Assembly (NCBI GenBank): GCA_035221665.1
Contig: CM069147.1
Coordinates: 45,260,001 to 45,324,000 of the forward strand
Direction of reading: 5' to 3'
DNA length: 64,000 nucleotides
Source: Okamejei kenojei
Lineage: Eukaryota
Under the pieces are notes generated by a model, which saw only the letters and a program-made list of their open reading frames with translations, did no database searches and was not told the origin of the DNA. Below are positions 26,721 to 39,125 of this stretch, one piece after another (the first letter of the stretch is position 1; each line of letters begins with the position of its first letter). Both the position numbers and the translations under genes were made by a program.

Positions 26721-27490
26721 TACATCAGCTACAACTTGCAACTGGGAAATAACAAAACAAATATCCGACAGGTTTTACTTTATGGTCTGTAAGTCACTAC
26801 ATTTTACTACTCTCCTGGTAAAGGCTTGGTATGAAAGCTTTCATTACGGTAGGTGTTGCAATGCCTGTGGCAGTCCATGTTGGGGGATGCACAATGCACA
26901 TTCCACTGCAACAATCTCTGTGATTCCACATCCTGAAACCAGTGATGCATACTTTTGTAGCCGATAAATTATAAATTTTCCGTGATTATTTTTCAGGAAC
27001 ACTTTTCCCACCATCTCAGATGTTCATACTTTGCAGTCAGAAGTCACTTGCCCGATCCCTTCATATGGTAAAGTCAAGGTTTTTGTTTTTACGAGACAAG
27101 CCACTGTAGCATTAGTAGGAGCCCAGAGTTTCTTCACAGAAGCTTTCAAACTGCAAGGTGTGCGATCAAACAAAATTCTCTTAAATCCTCCCCATGTTGA
27201 AATGTGACTTCACTAGCATTTGACAGAACAGAAAAGTGGGGTCACAGGAAGAGGGACAATGCCAGTGATTTAAGATTTACTCAGCATCAGAGATCAGAAC
27301 TGCTCTATTAGTACTCAGTGAACTACAGCCTAACTTCCGAAACCAGTAGCAGAAACATTACCTAAAATCGTATGAGCCTTGAATAAGATAGAATTCAGGC
27401 ACAAGTCATGTATAATGTTTTGCTTTGCAACTTAAATATAATTATGAATCTGAAAATAGCGCACCGAGAGTTAACACTTGAACATAGTTT

Positions 27491-27717
27491 ACAAAAGGCT
27501 GGAGAAACTCAGCAGGTGCAGCAGCATCTAAGGAGCGAAGGAGATAGGCGATGTTTCGGGGCGAGACCCTTCTTCAGACTGGTCAGTCTGAAGAAGGGTC
27601 TCGACCCGAAACGTCGCCTATCTCCTTCGCTCCTTAGATGCTGCTGCACCCGCTGAGTTTCTCCAGCCTTTTGTGTACCCTCGATTCTCCAGCATCTGCA
27701 GTTCCTTCTTTAACACA
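27491..27717. mobile_element. Palindromic Penelope-derived mini-element with hammerhead cores on both strands
   Basis: 91-bp inverted arms (27491-27581 and 27584-27674) around a 2-nt loop; TSD tgaacatagttt at 27479-27490 and 27718-27729. Confidence 0.85.
27586..27618 (+). ncRNA. Minimal type-I hammerhead ribozyme motif with intact core
   Basis: CUGAAGA (27588-27594), extra A, helix II GGGU-CUCG-ACCC, GAAA (27608-27611), palindromic ACGU helix III, GUC cleavage triplet (27613-27615). Helix I is very short and activity is unproven. Confidence 0.7.
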
Positions 27718-28496
27718 TGAACATAGTTTTACAGCTTTATTTTTGCATAGCAAGTGGCTGGTCTATAAAACACCAAACAGCTCATCTGCTGCTGCGTTTA
27801 CAGAGTTGGTGCTCTGGCTTCAGGCCAAGACGACAGATTTATTTTCTCTGATCCAGCACCGGTGAATTTGAACTTAGATTTTTGGTAGTTAGCCGGCTGA
27901 CTTATTCCTTAATAAAACCTTATGCATTTTTGAAAAAGAGAAGTTACCAGTTTAGAGTTTAATCTCTGCCTCAGATACTCCCATTATCGATCGACAAACC
28001 TGCCCTCATCATTTAAATTAATTTAAGGAGCAATGATTTTATATATAATGTTAAGATATGCATTGATGTAAATATCAATACTACCACTGGCTGGAGGTAA
28101 TTACTGTATCTCACTGTTATCCTTATCCACTTGACATGAAGAATGGAAGGAGAAGGTCCATGGATTTTTCTTTGCAGAGAAGTGACACGAAACCAAAGAC
28201 TGTCAACTTCTACCTTGTAGAAAATTGGTTAGAAAATATAAATAGGCTCTATTGAATTTGTAAAAAAAAAAGTCTGAGAAATATTTCACTTATTACAAAT
28301 GTAAGGAACGTGGAGCATGCCATTTTGAGGCGTAAGATTATTCATTTCATACTATAAATGTGATTCTTCATATCTAATGTGTAAAACAGAGAGACCATCA
28401 ATAATGTGTGATTGCTTTTGTGTTGGAATCTGTGTAACTGAAGATATTGTACATTCCTGGTCAAGAATTAGGGTGGAATTCATCAATAAAGTCGCA

Positions 28497-28617
28497 GAGC
28501 ATAGGACAGAAACAGGCCCTTCAGCCCACCTTGTCCAAGGTTCCCCTGGTCCAATTTGTCTGCATTTGGCCCATGGCCCTCCAATCCCTTCTTATCCGCA
28601 TATCTGTCTAAATGTCT
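28497..28617 (-). mobile_element. HER1/CR1 3' tail fragment
   Basis: acagaaacaggcccttcagcccacc...atatctgtctaaatgtcttt. Confidence 0.65.
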
Positions 28618-31600
28618 TTTACTTGACAAATAATCATAAAAGAAGGCAGATACAGGTATTTTATTCTCTAATGAGTTCTGAATATCACAGTGGAACATAA
28701 TAAAAGGAGAGTTAAAATAGATAGGCAACAGCGAGCATCATCTTTGAAGGCAGTTTCTGTAGTTCCTGGGCTAAAAATAAAATATAGCCTTTAGATTTTC
28801 TTGGTTAACAAATGACAAAATGTAATGCTCGACGTGTAGGCAAAATAATGCAGGCCCTTCAGGTTAATATTTTAAAATAGTTTTGGATGGTTGTCAACAC
28901 AATTAATGTTTCAAAGAAATTGGTACCAAAGGCTGGGAAATGTGAATAGACAACATGAAAAAGTGAAAGGTAATACTAAAACTAGGAAGTAACATTATCA
29001 AATTCCGTTGATTACCTGGCTAATAACAGAGGGTTTCTCAGGGCAAACTGAAAGTGTCTAATCATTGATGTGCCCTATTCTTCTCCACAAGTTCCTGTAC
29101 TAAAAATAAAATATTTATGAAACCATGGCCTAAAGGTTGGAATTGCTCACCTAACGTTGTGCGATTAGTGAAATGGACCGTTTCTGATTTGAGTTGCAGA
29201 GAGAGGAAGGGAGCAAGAGCTATTAAAGATGGTATTAATGGACTGCAAGCAAAGAAAAGTTGTCATGGAAGTGTGTTTATGGTGTATAGTGCTGGCAGGC
29301 ATGATTTCGATAGGCTTTGACATGTTTAACATAAATGTATACAGCAGGGCTCCTGCATTCATGAATAATTCCTTCAGGCCCCATGCCTCCCTAATTACTG
29401 AAATTGAAAAAATAGGTCATGCGCATCTTTACTTGAACAGCAGTATTTTTTCCTTCTCTGAGTGCTTGATGTGCAGAATACATCTGTGATACAATGAGCT
29501 GGCTGGACAAACAGCTGAAAGGACACAGAGAATGTAAGGTGAATAAAAAATGGTGGAGGAAAAAAAGTTTATTTTATGTTAATCTGTTCAGAGCTTTACA
29601 TTTTGTTTAATCTCTGAAGAAGAAAGGAATAGAAGATCCAGTTTTAATTGTCAGGCAAACATAAGAAATGAAGATATTGCAAGATATTGCAATTTCTAAT
29701 ACATCTGCCTGAGAATATTTTGCTTTTTCATTCATTTCTATTGTGAGAGACTCCAGGGTGCTATATGACTGAAATATGACTTTTTCGCATGAAAATATAT
29801 AATTTACGTTATTTAGTAAAAACGTAATAGAATGTCAAATATCCAGTTTCCTTATTATGGCTTTAACTAGGTTTTGTTCTACACTCCTTAATTATCAGAT
29901 CTTATCAATAATTATCAATAATTTATTTTCAAAGGATCTCTCATCCAAATTGGATTTTAACTTTGCTCTCAGCTGCTGATGGCACAAAGAATGCACAAGA
30001 AAGCCAAGGCAGTGTCTCAATAGCCAAAAGTATCATTAATTCTTTGCCAATACGCCAGTAAAATGTAAATGCCAGGCAGTTGTTTGCAACGTGATCATGC
30101 AGAGCGGTGCAGAAATATAACAGCGATTTAATGTAAACCGTGAGCTGCTTATTGTGGCATTTCGATTCCGCGTCCCTCCTATCTCTCGCTGCACACCTAA
30201 CATGGGAAGAGCAAAAACAACAAATCTGTGGACTCTTCCAAAATTGTCGTAATCACCACCGATGGACCCCTTGTCCCACACAGCCTCTTTCGCAAGTCAG
30301 ATTTCTCCTTCCACTCTGATGACATTGCCAAGGCCAGCAAATAGGAAGAAACCCTCAGTGTGAAAACCAGCTGAGACTGGAATCTGAAATTGGGTCCCTT
30401 TGTTAAGAGTCAGGACCCCTTGGGTTGCAGCTACCCAAGGCACAAACTCACCTCTTGAAATACATCCCTGCTGTCAGTTTTTTTAAATATAGATTGACAA
30501 GTTAACTGTAAAGCTGAGACATTTGGAGGGAGATGTAATGTAGGTATGATTTTTGAATCCTATTCACTGCTGCCTGTTTAATGACCTACCTAGACTGCAA
30601 AATCAGAAGTAACGAGTATTAAAGCTGTCTAATATACCATAGCCTTCACATTCAATTAAATCACTCAAGGGTAATTTTTTCCACAGAGCCATAAATAAAG
30701 ATGGAAGATGATTTCCGAAGCAAAAATTAACCTAATTGATGATACCTAAAATCTTTTGAGAGGCAGAGAATCGTGAAGGAAAATGTCATAAAGGTTAGAT
30801 TGTTTGGGTTTTTAACATCAGTGCTGTACATCAATGATGGTCTGCCATCTTTATAAATGATGTAGCATGCTTGGAGCATGGAAGGATGGAATATTTCCAT
30901 TCTGGATAAATAATAAACCTCAGACACTTCAGACAATTTAATCCATGAATGCATTATGTCTTAATAAGAATGGACCTGATTGGCATTTTCTTTCCCTCTG
31001 TGACGCTCTAGCTTTATAGAGCAGAGCCCGAATCCCTAGCCCTCTCCCATTCTTTTCAGTCACGTAGATAATGCCCCAGAAACAAAAAATGAAGTCAAGG
31101 GAAGCTTTTATTAGAAAAGATATCTCTTTTATTGGTCAAATCTGGTATTCTGAATCTGTTTTGATGGCAAGAATTTCATCTTCATATTTCACATGATAAT
31201 GTCACTCATAAAGATATTCTGACTGATTAATATTCATTTTTGCCATATATTGAAATTGATTTATTTGAACTGCAACCAAAATACCAGTAATTCAATAGGT
31301 AACAAATGATTGATGAAATTCTGTCTGAAAATATTACATAAAAAATGCATCATTCTTGATGTAATTTAAAAAAACATAGCTTTATACAGAGTAAAATCAA
31401 ATCAGCCAAAATGCTTCTGCTGGATAACTATGCGGACACTATGGACAATAGATCATACGTGTTAGAAATTACTTTAGACCTAAGTTACCACTTAGTCACT
31501 CTTCTAGGGCAGGGCAATGGAGAAAGAAATTCTGTTTGTATAAAAATTAGAGACTTCTTGGCTCAGTAACCCAGTAATCTGGACCCGATCTACCTCCAAA

Positions 31601-31987
31601 ATATTTGCTACAGAAATGTTCCAATTGAGAAGGAAAATTAGCCCATTTCCAACTTACCCCTAAGTTTAAATACAACCTGTTGACAGATATGCCATCAACA
31701 TTGATTTTCAGGGTCGTAAAAGAATCTAGAATCTGATCCAATTCACATCTATCATGCAAGCAAAATACAAGGTTCTTAATAGAAGAGTAACGATGCACAT
31801 GCGTTGTGTAATTCCTGCAAACTACTCGTGAAGCACAGGAGGGCCTTGATACTTTTAGCCTGCACTTTAATTCTGTAAATGCATTCTTATTAGATATGCC
31901 CTCGGAATTGCGTTTAAAAAAAATCCCTCCACTCAATGTGCAAGCCTCTATTTAAATTCTAACAACTACCATAATGTACCAAAATTC

Positions 31988-32385
31988 TTGATTTTGCTTG
32001 GGCAGCTTACGCCCTAGCGGTATGTACATTGTCTTCTCTAACTTCAAGTAACCCTTGCTTTCCCCCTCTCTCCATCCCTCCCCTTCCCAGTTCCCTGACC
32101 AGTCTTACTGTCTCCGACTACAGTTTATCTCTGTTTGCTCTCCCAGCTCACAAAGATCTATTCTACATTTCCATTGATTTTGATTCCCTTTGTCCTGTTT
32201 TCACACCTTACACTTCCTTATCTACGGATCTCCCTTTCCCTTGACATCAGTCTGAATAAGAGTCTCGACCACAAACATCACCCATTCCTTCTCTCCAGAG
32301 ATGCTGCCTGACTCATGAGTTACTCCAGCATTTTGTGTCTATTTATCATCGATTTAAACCAGCATCTGCAGTTCCTTCCTACACA
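31988..32385 (+). mobile_element. 3' end of a Penelope-like retroelement (GIY-YIG tail plus 3' UTR, decayed hammerhead)
   Basis: 31998-32051 reads LGSLRPSGMYIVFSNFK*; UTR homologous to 15855-16240; decayed core tctgaataagagtctcgaccacaaacatc near 32251. Confidence 0.8.
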
Positions 32386-32404
32386 AAATACTTGATTGAT
32401 TGAT

Positions 32405-32712
32405 TAAGATACTGCATAGAAACACGTCACTTGCCTCATGGGGTCCACACCGACCATTGATCACCCATTTACACCAATTATTCCAATTTGCAATCCACTC
32501 CCTATGCACTTGGGGCAATTTACAGAAGCCAATTAACCTACAAACCTGCATATCTTAGCGATGCAGGAGGAAACTCGAACACCCAAGGTAACCCACGTGG
32601 TCATTGGGAGCACATGCAAACTCCTCACAGATAGCACTCAAGGTTAGGATTGAACCCAGGTCTCCAGCAATGTGAGGCAGCATGTCTACCAGCTGTACCA
32701 CTGTGATGCCCT
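32405..32712 (-). mobile_element. HE1-type SINE
   Basis: aggattgaacccagg (B-box) and tgtgaggcagca head on the minus strand; gaagccaattaacctacaaacctg core. Confidence 0.8.
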
Positions 32713-35700
32713 TCAGATTTTTCTTGGTACTAATTAAATGGAACTTGAGTAAAATGCACAGGAGATGGGTTTTTCATATAAAACTGAATATAAAAATCGG
32801 CATCATTTTTATATTTCTTGCATTGGGCTGTGCCACGTTATGAAAAATAATTTTAGTGTTCAATTTCGCAATAAACCTTCAATTTCCCTGAGATCTCCTG
32901 ATCTCCTGTGTTGAATAAAAATCTGAATGTTTTGCATTAACTGCATTTATGTCCCATTTTTAAAGGAAATTATTTTGCTTTGTGTACCCTTATTCTGTGA
33001 TCTGCAGCATCACTTTCTTCCCAAACAAATGCGCCAGATTATCCCTGAATACTTTTATTCATGTTATCACTTCTAAACCATTAGGATAGCAGTGTAAAAT
33101 GTTTATGTAAGATACAAATTTCTCCTTCAACTTTCAATTTTCCAATATATCTTGAACGAGACTCTGGGAATGTTATATCTGTATACCGCAGTTACTCACA
33201 CAACTGCATCAAGTAACATCTGATAGCATAACAAGCTTCATTTATAATACTCTCTGCATAAGCACTTAATCCACAAGAGTAACTAGCAGTACATTTAACT
33301 GGTGCAGACAGATACATTGTATAATGAAACAGGTAACCTTAAGTTCTCTGCAGAATCGCTTTGTACAGGAGAGACTATGTATGGCAGTGGTGTTCTTCCA
33401 CCCTGATCTTAAAACAAAAATGATGTCGAACATAGAACCGCCAAAAATCATACCCTTGCTTGACCTACACTGATGCTGTAGAGGTATGAGGTGAGAACCC
33501 ACACAAGGAAGGTCAACCAAATTGCAGTTTTGTGCTAACCTTTGCGACACCACACAACCTGCCTCTCCTTTTTGGAAAACACAGTTCTTTTCGCCATTGC
33601 TGAAAGTAAGCGGAACTATTTTTAGATGCAAATTATTGCCGAAGCCAGTAAACAAATGAATTATATCTGGCATGTCTACGGTGATAACAGCAGTCAGTGA
33701 TTAAAAGGTTAAAGTGTTGCACAGCAGTGAATTTTTATTATTAATAAGCAAGAGAAAGGCAGGCAAATTTATAGCCGCAAAAGTTTATTAGTTTACGGTA
33801 TTGTGTTATAGGCGCACGATGCTGAAAACACGGGACTTACGGAAAATGGCATGAATTAATAATTACCTAATTGGCTCTTAGATTTTTTTTCACTGGGAGA
33901 TGGAAGTTTATGTGATGTCCCTGTCAAAAGTACTTTAGCTGACTGATGTAGATGCAAGAGAGAGAAAAATAACCACCACACTCATGTGGGATGGTGTCCT
34001 GGGTAGGTTTTCCGTGTGGCTTTGGTATAATGTATGGTGCTACAGCAGATTGTTGTATGTGTGGGTAATGTCAGGTCTGCAATGTAATCATTTTTGACGC
34101 CTGATCTTTGATTGAGACTGACACTTTAATGTCTGGAGCTGTGCAAGAGGTCAGATGTGGTTAACCTGGCTTTCTAACCTCCCTATACTTACAAAAGCAA
34201 TGTCATTTAATCAGCCTAAATTTAACTCTTTACGATCTGAGGACCGGTACGAAGATGGCTTTTTGAAGTGTCAGCTTCAATCCTTGTGGTGAAAACAATA
34301 AAATAAAATATTGAGATCTACTTCAAGCTACATCGTGAAGGGAACGATAGCCAATCCTCTGACCCAATGTAGCATTTTAAATAGTACTTGCTTTAGTTTG
34401 ATTGCTGGAAGATGTTGAAAGAACGTACTAGCTGCTCCTTCCCAAGTCTGCGTGCTACATTCTGAGCGACGAAGCTTGTAATCCCTCTGGTGTTTATTAC
34501 AAAGTAGTTAAACTGAGCAACCAAACACGCAGATGCTCTGAGAAAAAAAAGCCCTCTGTTTTGGCACTTTTTATGAGTCCATCTAACCAGCCAGATGCAT
34601 TCTCTATGCAAAATTAAATAAATTGACCAGCGCATCTCATTCAAAATTAATTTATATCTGGCCAAGCTCTCTGGTATACTTTCTGCTTACTCCTAATTTT
34701 TGAAAGTTCTGCTAACTGTTCTTTATTTAGTCGTGAAAGTTAACTGTCGGAAGCACTTATTTGTACTGTCATTGGAAAGCTGTACAGGAGAATAATAGCA
34801 TCGCAGAGTAAATTAAAAGTGCTGCAGTGCAATTGATAAACACCATGTTTTAAAAGAAACCCAATAGGCTCGCTTGATTTACTAGTTTGAAATTTAAGTT
34901 CAGTAAGCCAACAGAAAAAAAGGTATGTTTTCTTGGCCTTAAAGGTTTTTCCATTACTGCCATTAACTTCCAGTTTGGCAGCCGCTGAAGATTGTAAACT
35001 CTTCCACAACTTCAGGGCTGACCTTGCTGTGTCAGCTGGTAGGAGATAGACATCATTTTAAAGTCAGACACATGTGCCTCGGACCCACTGAGAAAACAGC
35101 ACACATGGAATACTTGGCCCGCAGGTTTGGAAAATTAGCTTAAATCAAGACTTAAAGAAATCCCTCCATCCGAGGTGTAAAGGCACCGTTCCACGGGCAT
35201 CTTAGCTGAGAACACCATACCGAAGCGGGTAAATTAAAATCTACCTTAAAAACATTGCCTCTGAGATTTGCTCTCCGGTGAAAGCAGTTTGGAGAAGATG
35301 GACAGTTTTACTTGCCGTGGCATTCCTGCAGCATATGTTTCCTTGACACTAAATGTCTGCAGTAACCGTTGTCCTGTTTGACCTGTTTCAGCCACATTTG
35401 GTGCTCAGGCCTCTTGCACTCATTTATTATTTATTCACTCAAATGACAATCACTCAAGGAACTGAGCAAAAAAAAAAAACGGGTGATTTGAAAGGATATG
35501 AGTGAAAGATTGCATTGTGTTTGTGGATTTTATTCAGTAAGTCTGAAGTAGATCCAGAGTACACAGTAGTATGTAGATGATGACATTTATTTTCCTGGCA
35601 GGATAAAATTCGGAGGCTTCTGATGTATGACTGTCTCAACACATGTTCATTCTCCATCGCTTGAAATCTCCAGATGTCATAGATTATTTTTATTAGGTGC

Positions 35701-38062
35701 AAATGGATAATTATCGTTAAGCTGAAGCGGATTCTCAGAGAAAGGAGAGATGCCATTTCAGTTGTCTTGTTTTAAAAGAAGGGGCTTATCATGGGCTTGC
35801 CCATCTGTGGACAGTGGGAAGGATACCCATGTTGAGAGGTTATGGGCCTGTTGGCCCTTTGAGGAAAGAGGCTCTGGAAAAAGTGATGGCTTGTTCTGTA
35901 CTTCAAGGATTTATTTTATTTACTTTAGAATATTTTAAAATTTATAGAAGTTCTTTAATATTTTAGTAGTGTTAAATAATCTCCAATTAACCATTTTCAA
36001 AAATTGCCGTTGAAGGAGGCTGTATCGTTAATTCAATGGGTTAGTTTGATTTCTAAGCTGACAATTGGTATCCTACATGTCACTTTCCTGATAGGATTAA
36101 GCAATGTGGAATTGTCAAAAATATAGTGTTCTTGAGTAATCCATTCCTGAGCTCTTGTTTCATCACTTCACTTCATGGAGTTGAACTGCCCAGCTCTGAC
36201 TTCATTCCAATCACAGCACCAGGCCAGATGCAATCAGCTCATCTGTGTCTTCCCACAATTATTTGCAGGCAATTTGTGACATGCTGGCTGTTTTGCAGGT
36301 TTGAAAGCCATGTTACTTATTTATTATATTGAGTCACATAGCGTGCATTTTCTATGACACAATTGTTTCCAATGAACCTACCCCGTCAGATTTCCCTCTT
36401 TGTACTACCGACGTTTGCAATACCGACATTGTTGGGCAATACATGTCGTGTGACTCTCCAAACCCTACACCATGCGAGAGATGTACAGATGATGTTCAAG
36501 TCCCTCAGATATGGGAATGAGGAGGCCAAATGTAATCTCCAGATGCTACAGAGTTACAGGCTATCAATAATTGAACCAAGGTGTGCCAATATAATTAGGT
36601 CCCCATTTTTAAGTCATAAACTTTGCGTTTAAAAAAAAAAAAATTCCATTGTTCCCATGTTTCCATTATTTTATAATGTAAAATGCCAGTGCAGTTGCGT
36701 CAAGCTGCAATTAATTTTTCCAACCACTGATGGTATTTCTGTGGATGGGGTAATAATACCACATAGGCAGTTTCCATTATAAACATCAACAAAGGAATAC
36801 GTATGTTATGCATACCAGCGCCTTTTTATGTATGAAGAAAGCCCTGAGTACTGGTATGAAATTGTCAATGTGAGTACTCAGTGTGGGGGCCAGAGAGAAA
36901 CATGCATGTGATAGTGATCCCATGTGCTTACTGCCCTGGTTCCTCTATGTAGTAGAGGTGGTGGGTTTGGGAGATGCTGGGAGAGGTCAGACAAGTTGAC
37001 CTCCAGATAGTCCCATCCTGCAGTCAGATGCAGTCAGACACTGGTCCATTTGGAAAGGGCTGCTTGTTGAATGTATATGAATGAACCTTGCTCCTCTAAC
37101 GAAAAGCATGGCCGGCAATTGCGAACGCCCTCCAGTGACCCACTACCCATTTGGAAGTGGATACTTTCATGACTTTCAGGTAAAATCACCAAAATGTTTT
37201 GTTTTTTTAATCGAAAAAAGAATGAGTTAGTGCTGGATTTTGATGAGATTTGGTTGTCTTTGTACACAGTCATGAACTTATCGGTGACTAATAAACAGGA
37301 ATAGGGAGCACTTTGATGGTCTTCAATGGAAATCAAGACTCTCTTTTTCTCTCCATTGAAATGATGCAAAAGATTGATGTAAGTGATTAGCAAAACAAGA
37401 TCCATATTTGTCTTTGTATAAATTAAAAATTGAAAGAATATAGTCTTCTTCCTGTCACTTCAGGTATTGTTTCTTTGGTTCTGCTTTATCTCTCCTTCCT
37501 CATTTATTCTACAAACATTTATTTCACCTCTCTCAAATTGTTGTCTCTTTTGGGAAGGATATCATGACCTGTTCAGATGGGGCAGTAGCAACATCTCTTG
37601 GGCTTGTGGGGAAAATGCATTCAGCAATTGCATTTTTGGTCACATCCATTGAGCTTCAACCTTTCGCCTTAACATTCCTCTGCTCCCCTCATCTCTATGT
37701 GACAATCTTGCATTGTTTTGGCCCACTGCCAATTTCCCACCTCACTTGCCTCACTCAGAACCATCCACCTGTTTTCCCCACCAGCCCGCTCTCCTGAAAG
37801 GCTGACTCTTAGGTCAAAAGCCCGTCCAACTTCTCGCAATTTCCATTGCCTCCTCTAATAAGACGCCTTTCCTCTAGGTGGTTTTGATTACAGTTAAGAA
37901 AGAAAACATAATAGACAGAGTGTAGAAACTGCTTCACCACTCTTCTATTTGTGTTTCTCTATCCCTTTCGTAATGATTAGAAGCGAGTATTTGTTTCAGA
38001 GGTGTGCACAGGACCATTGGTCTTTAGTCAGCTGTCACCCAAAACATAAACGTAGCAAATAG

Positions 38063-38441
38063 TAGTAGTAGTAGTAGGCCCCCTTCGGTCATGACTGACC
38101 ATGGGTGATGCATGCTGGTCGGATGCAAGCCTGGGCATTGTCATATGGAGGACAGGCTCTTGCCCATGCAGCAAGCTCCCCCTCTCCACGTCGCTGATCG
38201 ATCCAAAGGAACAGCAGGGCCGTTACAGTTTGGCACCAGCGCCGTCGCAGGAGCTGCCAGAGCGAGGTTGTAGAGAACGACAAACTGCCTTAGGTGCTCC
38301 GACTCCCAATTTTCGTGAGGCTTACCCCTGGAGCCTTTTCCATGACTGGATGTGGCCACAAGGCAGTGGAGCGTTTAAATCAGAGTTTTCCCTCTCCTAG
38401 ATGGACTTGCCTTCCCAGGCTGACGAGCCCCATCTGCCCAA
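38063..38441 (-). mobile_element. Non-autonomous bipartite RTE-clade retroelement with (TAC)n tail and 11-bp TSD
   Basis: TSD gtagcaaatag at 38052-38062 and 38442-38452; RTE 5' UTR-like motif catctaggagagggaaaactctga; 3' hairpin ggtcagtcatgacc followed by a tactactac tail. Confidence 0.75.
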
Positions 38442-39125
38442 GTAGCAAATAGATAGTTTCAAATTTCAACTTTTTTGACTTCCAAAGTAAAGCTCATTTT
38501 ACATGAAGAAAACTGATCTTTCTTCCTCTCATTCTCTATGTCTAGCCCCTGTGTCCCCGTGCTGAAGTTTACGGAGCATAAAACAGAAGCTACAAGAACT
38601 CCATCAGAATGCTGCCATTTTATATTTTCCTCTCCTGTATATGGCCTATTTACAAAAATTAATTTCATTTTATTCCGACAATGCTGTTGCCATCTCTTCA
38701 AATTATACTTGAAATCATATTAAAAAACCTTTGAATTAAAAATACCGGAAGCTACATACAGGAAATTATTCCTCAGTAAAGATAAGTGAACAGACAGATA
38801 TATCCAGGAAAATTGGATATGCTGCATATACTTGTTCTGCCAATCAAATTTTAATTTGCAACAGCACAATACCAAACCCATATTTTGGACAGAGCTATAA
38901 ACTCCAAGTTGGCATTGTTAATTTTCTATTTTTCAATCTTATTAAAAATGTAAGCTCAGCGCTTATACAGAAAGCATCCGTCATCTTTGTATTAATCTCA
39001 CTTGCCGTCTCCAAACAGAAACTTTCCAGAATGTTTCTAGGTTTCTATCCATACCTTTATGTGAATCATTCACCAGAAACATGATCTGCAAGGCCAAAGC
39101 GGTAACATTGAACACACCACTATAT

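Noticed and set aside
27491-27674. pre-miRNA or DNA-transposon MITE interpretation of the long hairpin
   Set aside because: The arms are homologous to Penelope 3' UTR copies, the TSD is 12 bp or longer and there is a one-sided tail, which fits a retroelement origin better.
29670-29925. Short tandem duplications (aagatattgc x2, ttatcaataa x2)
   Set aside because: These look like ordinary replication slippage with no further structure.
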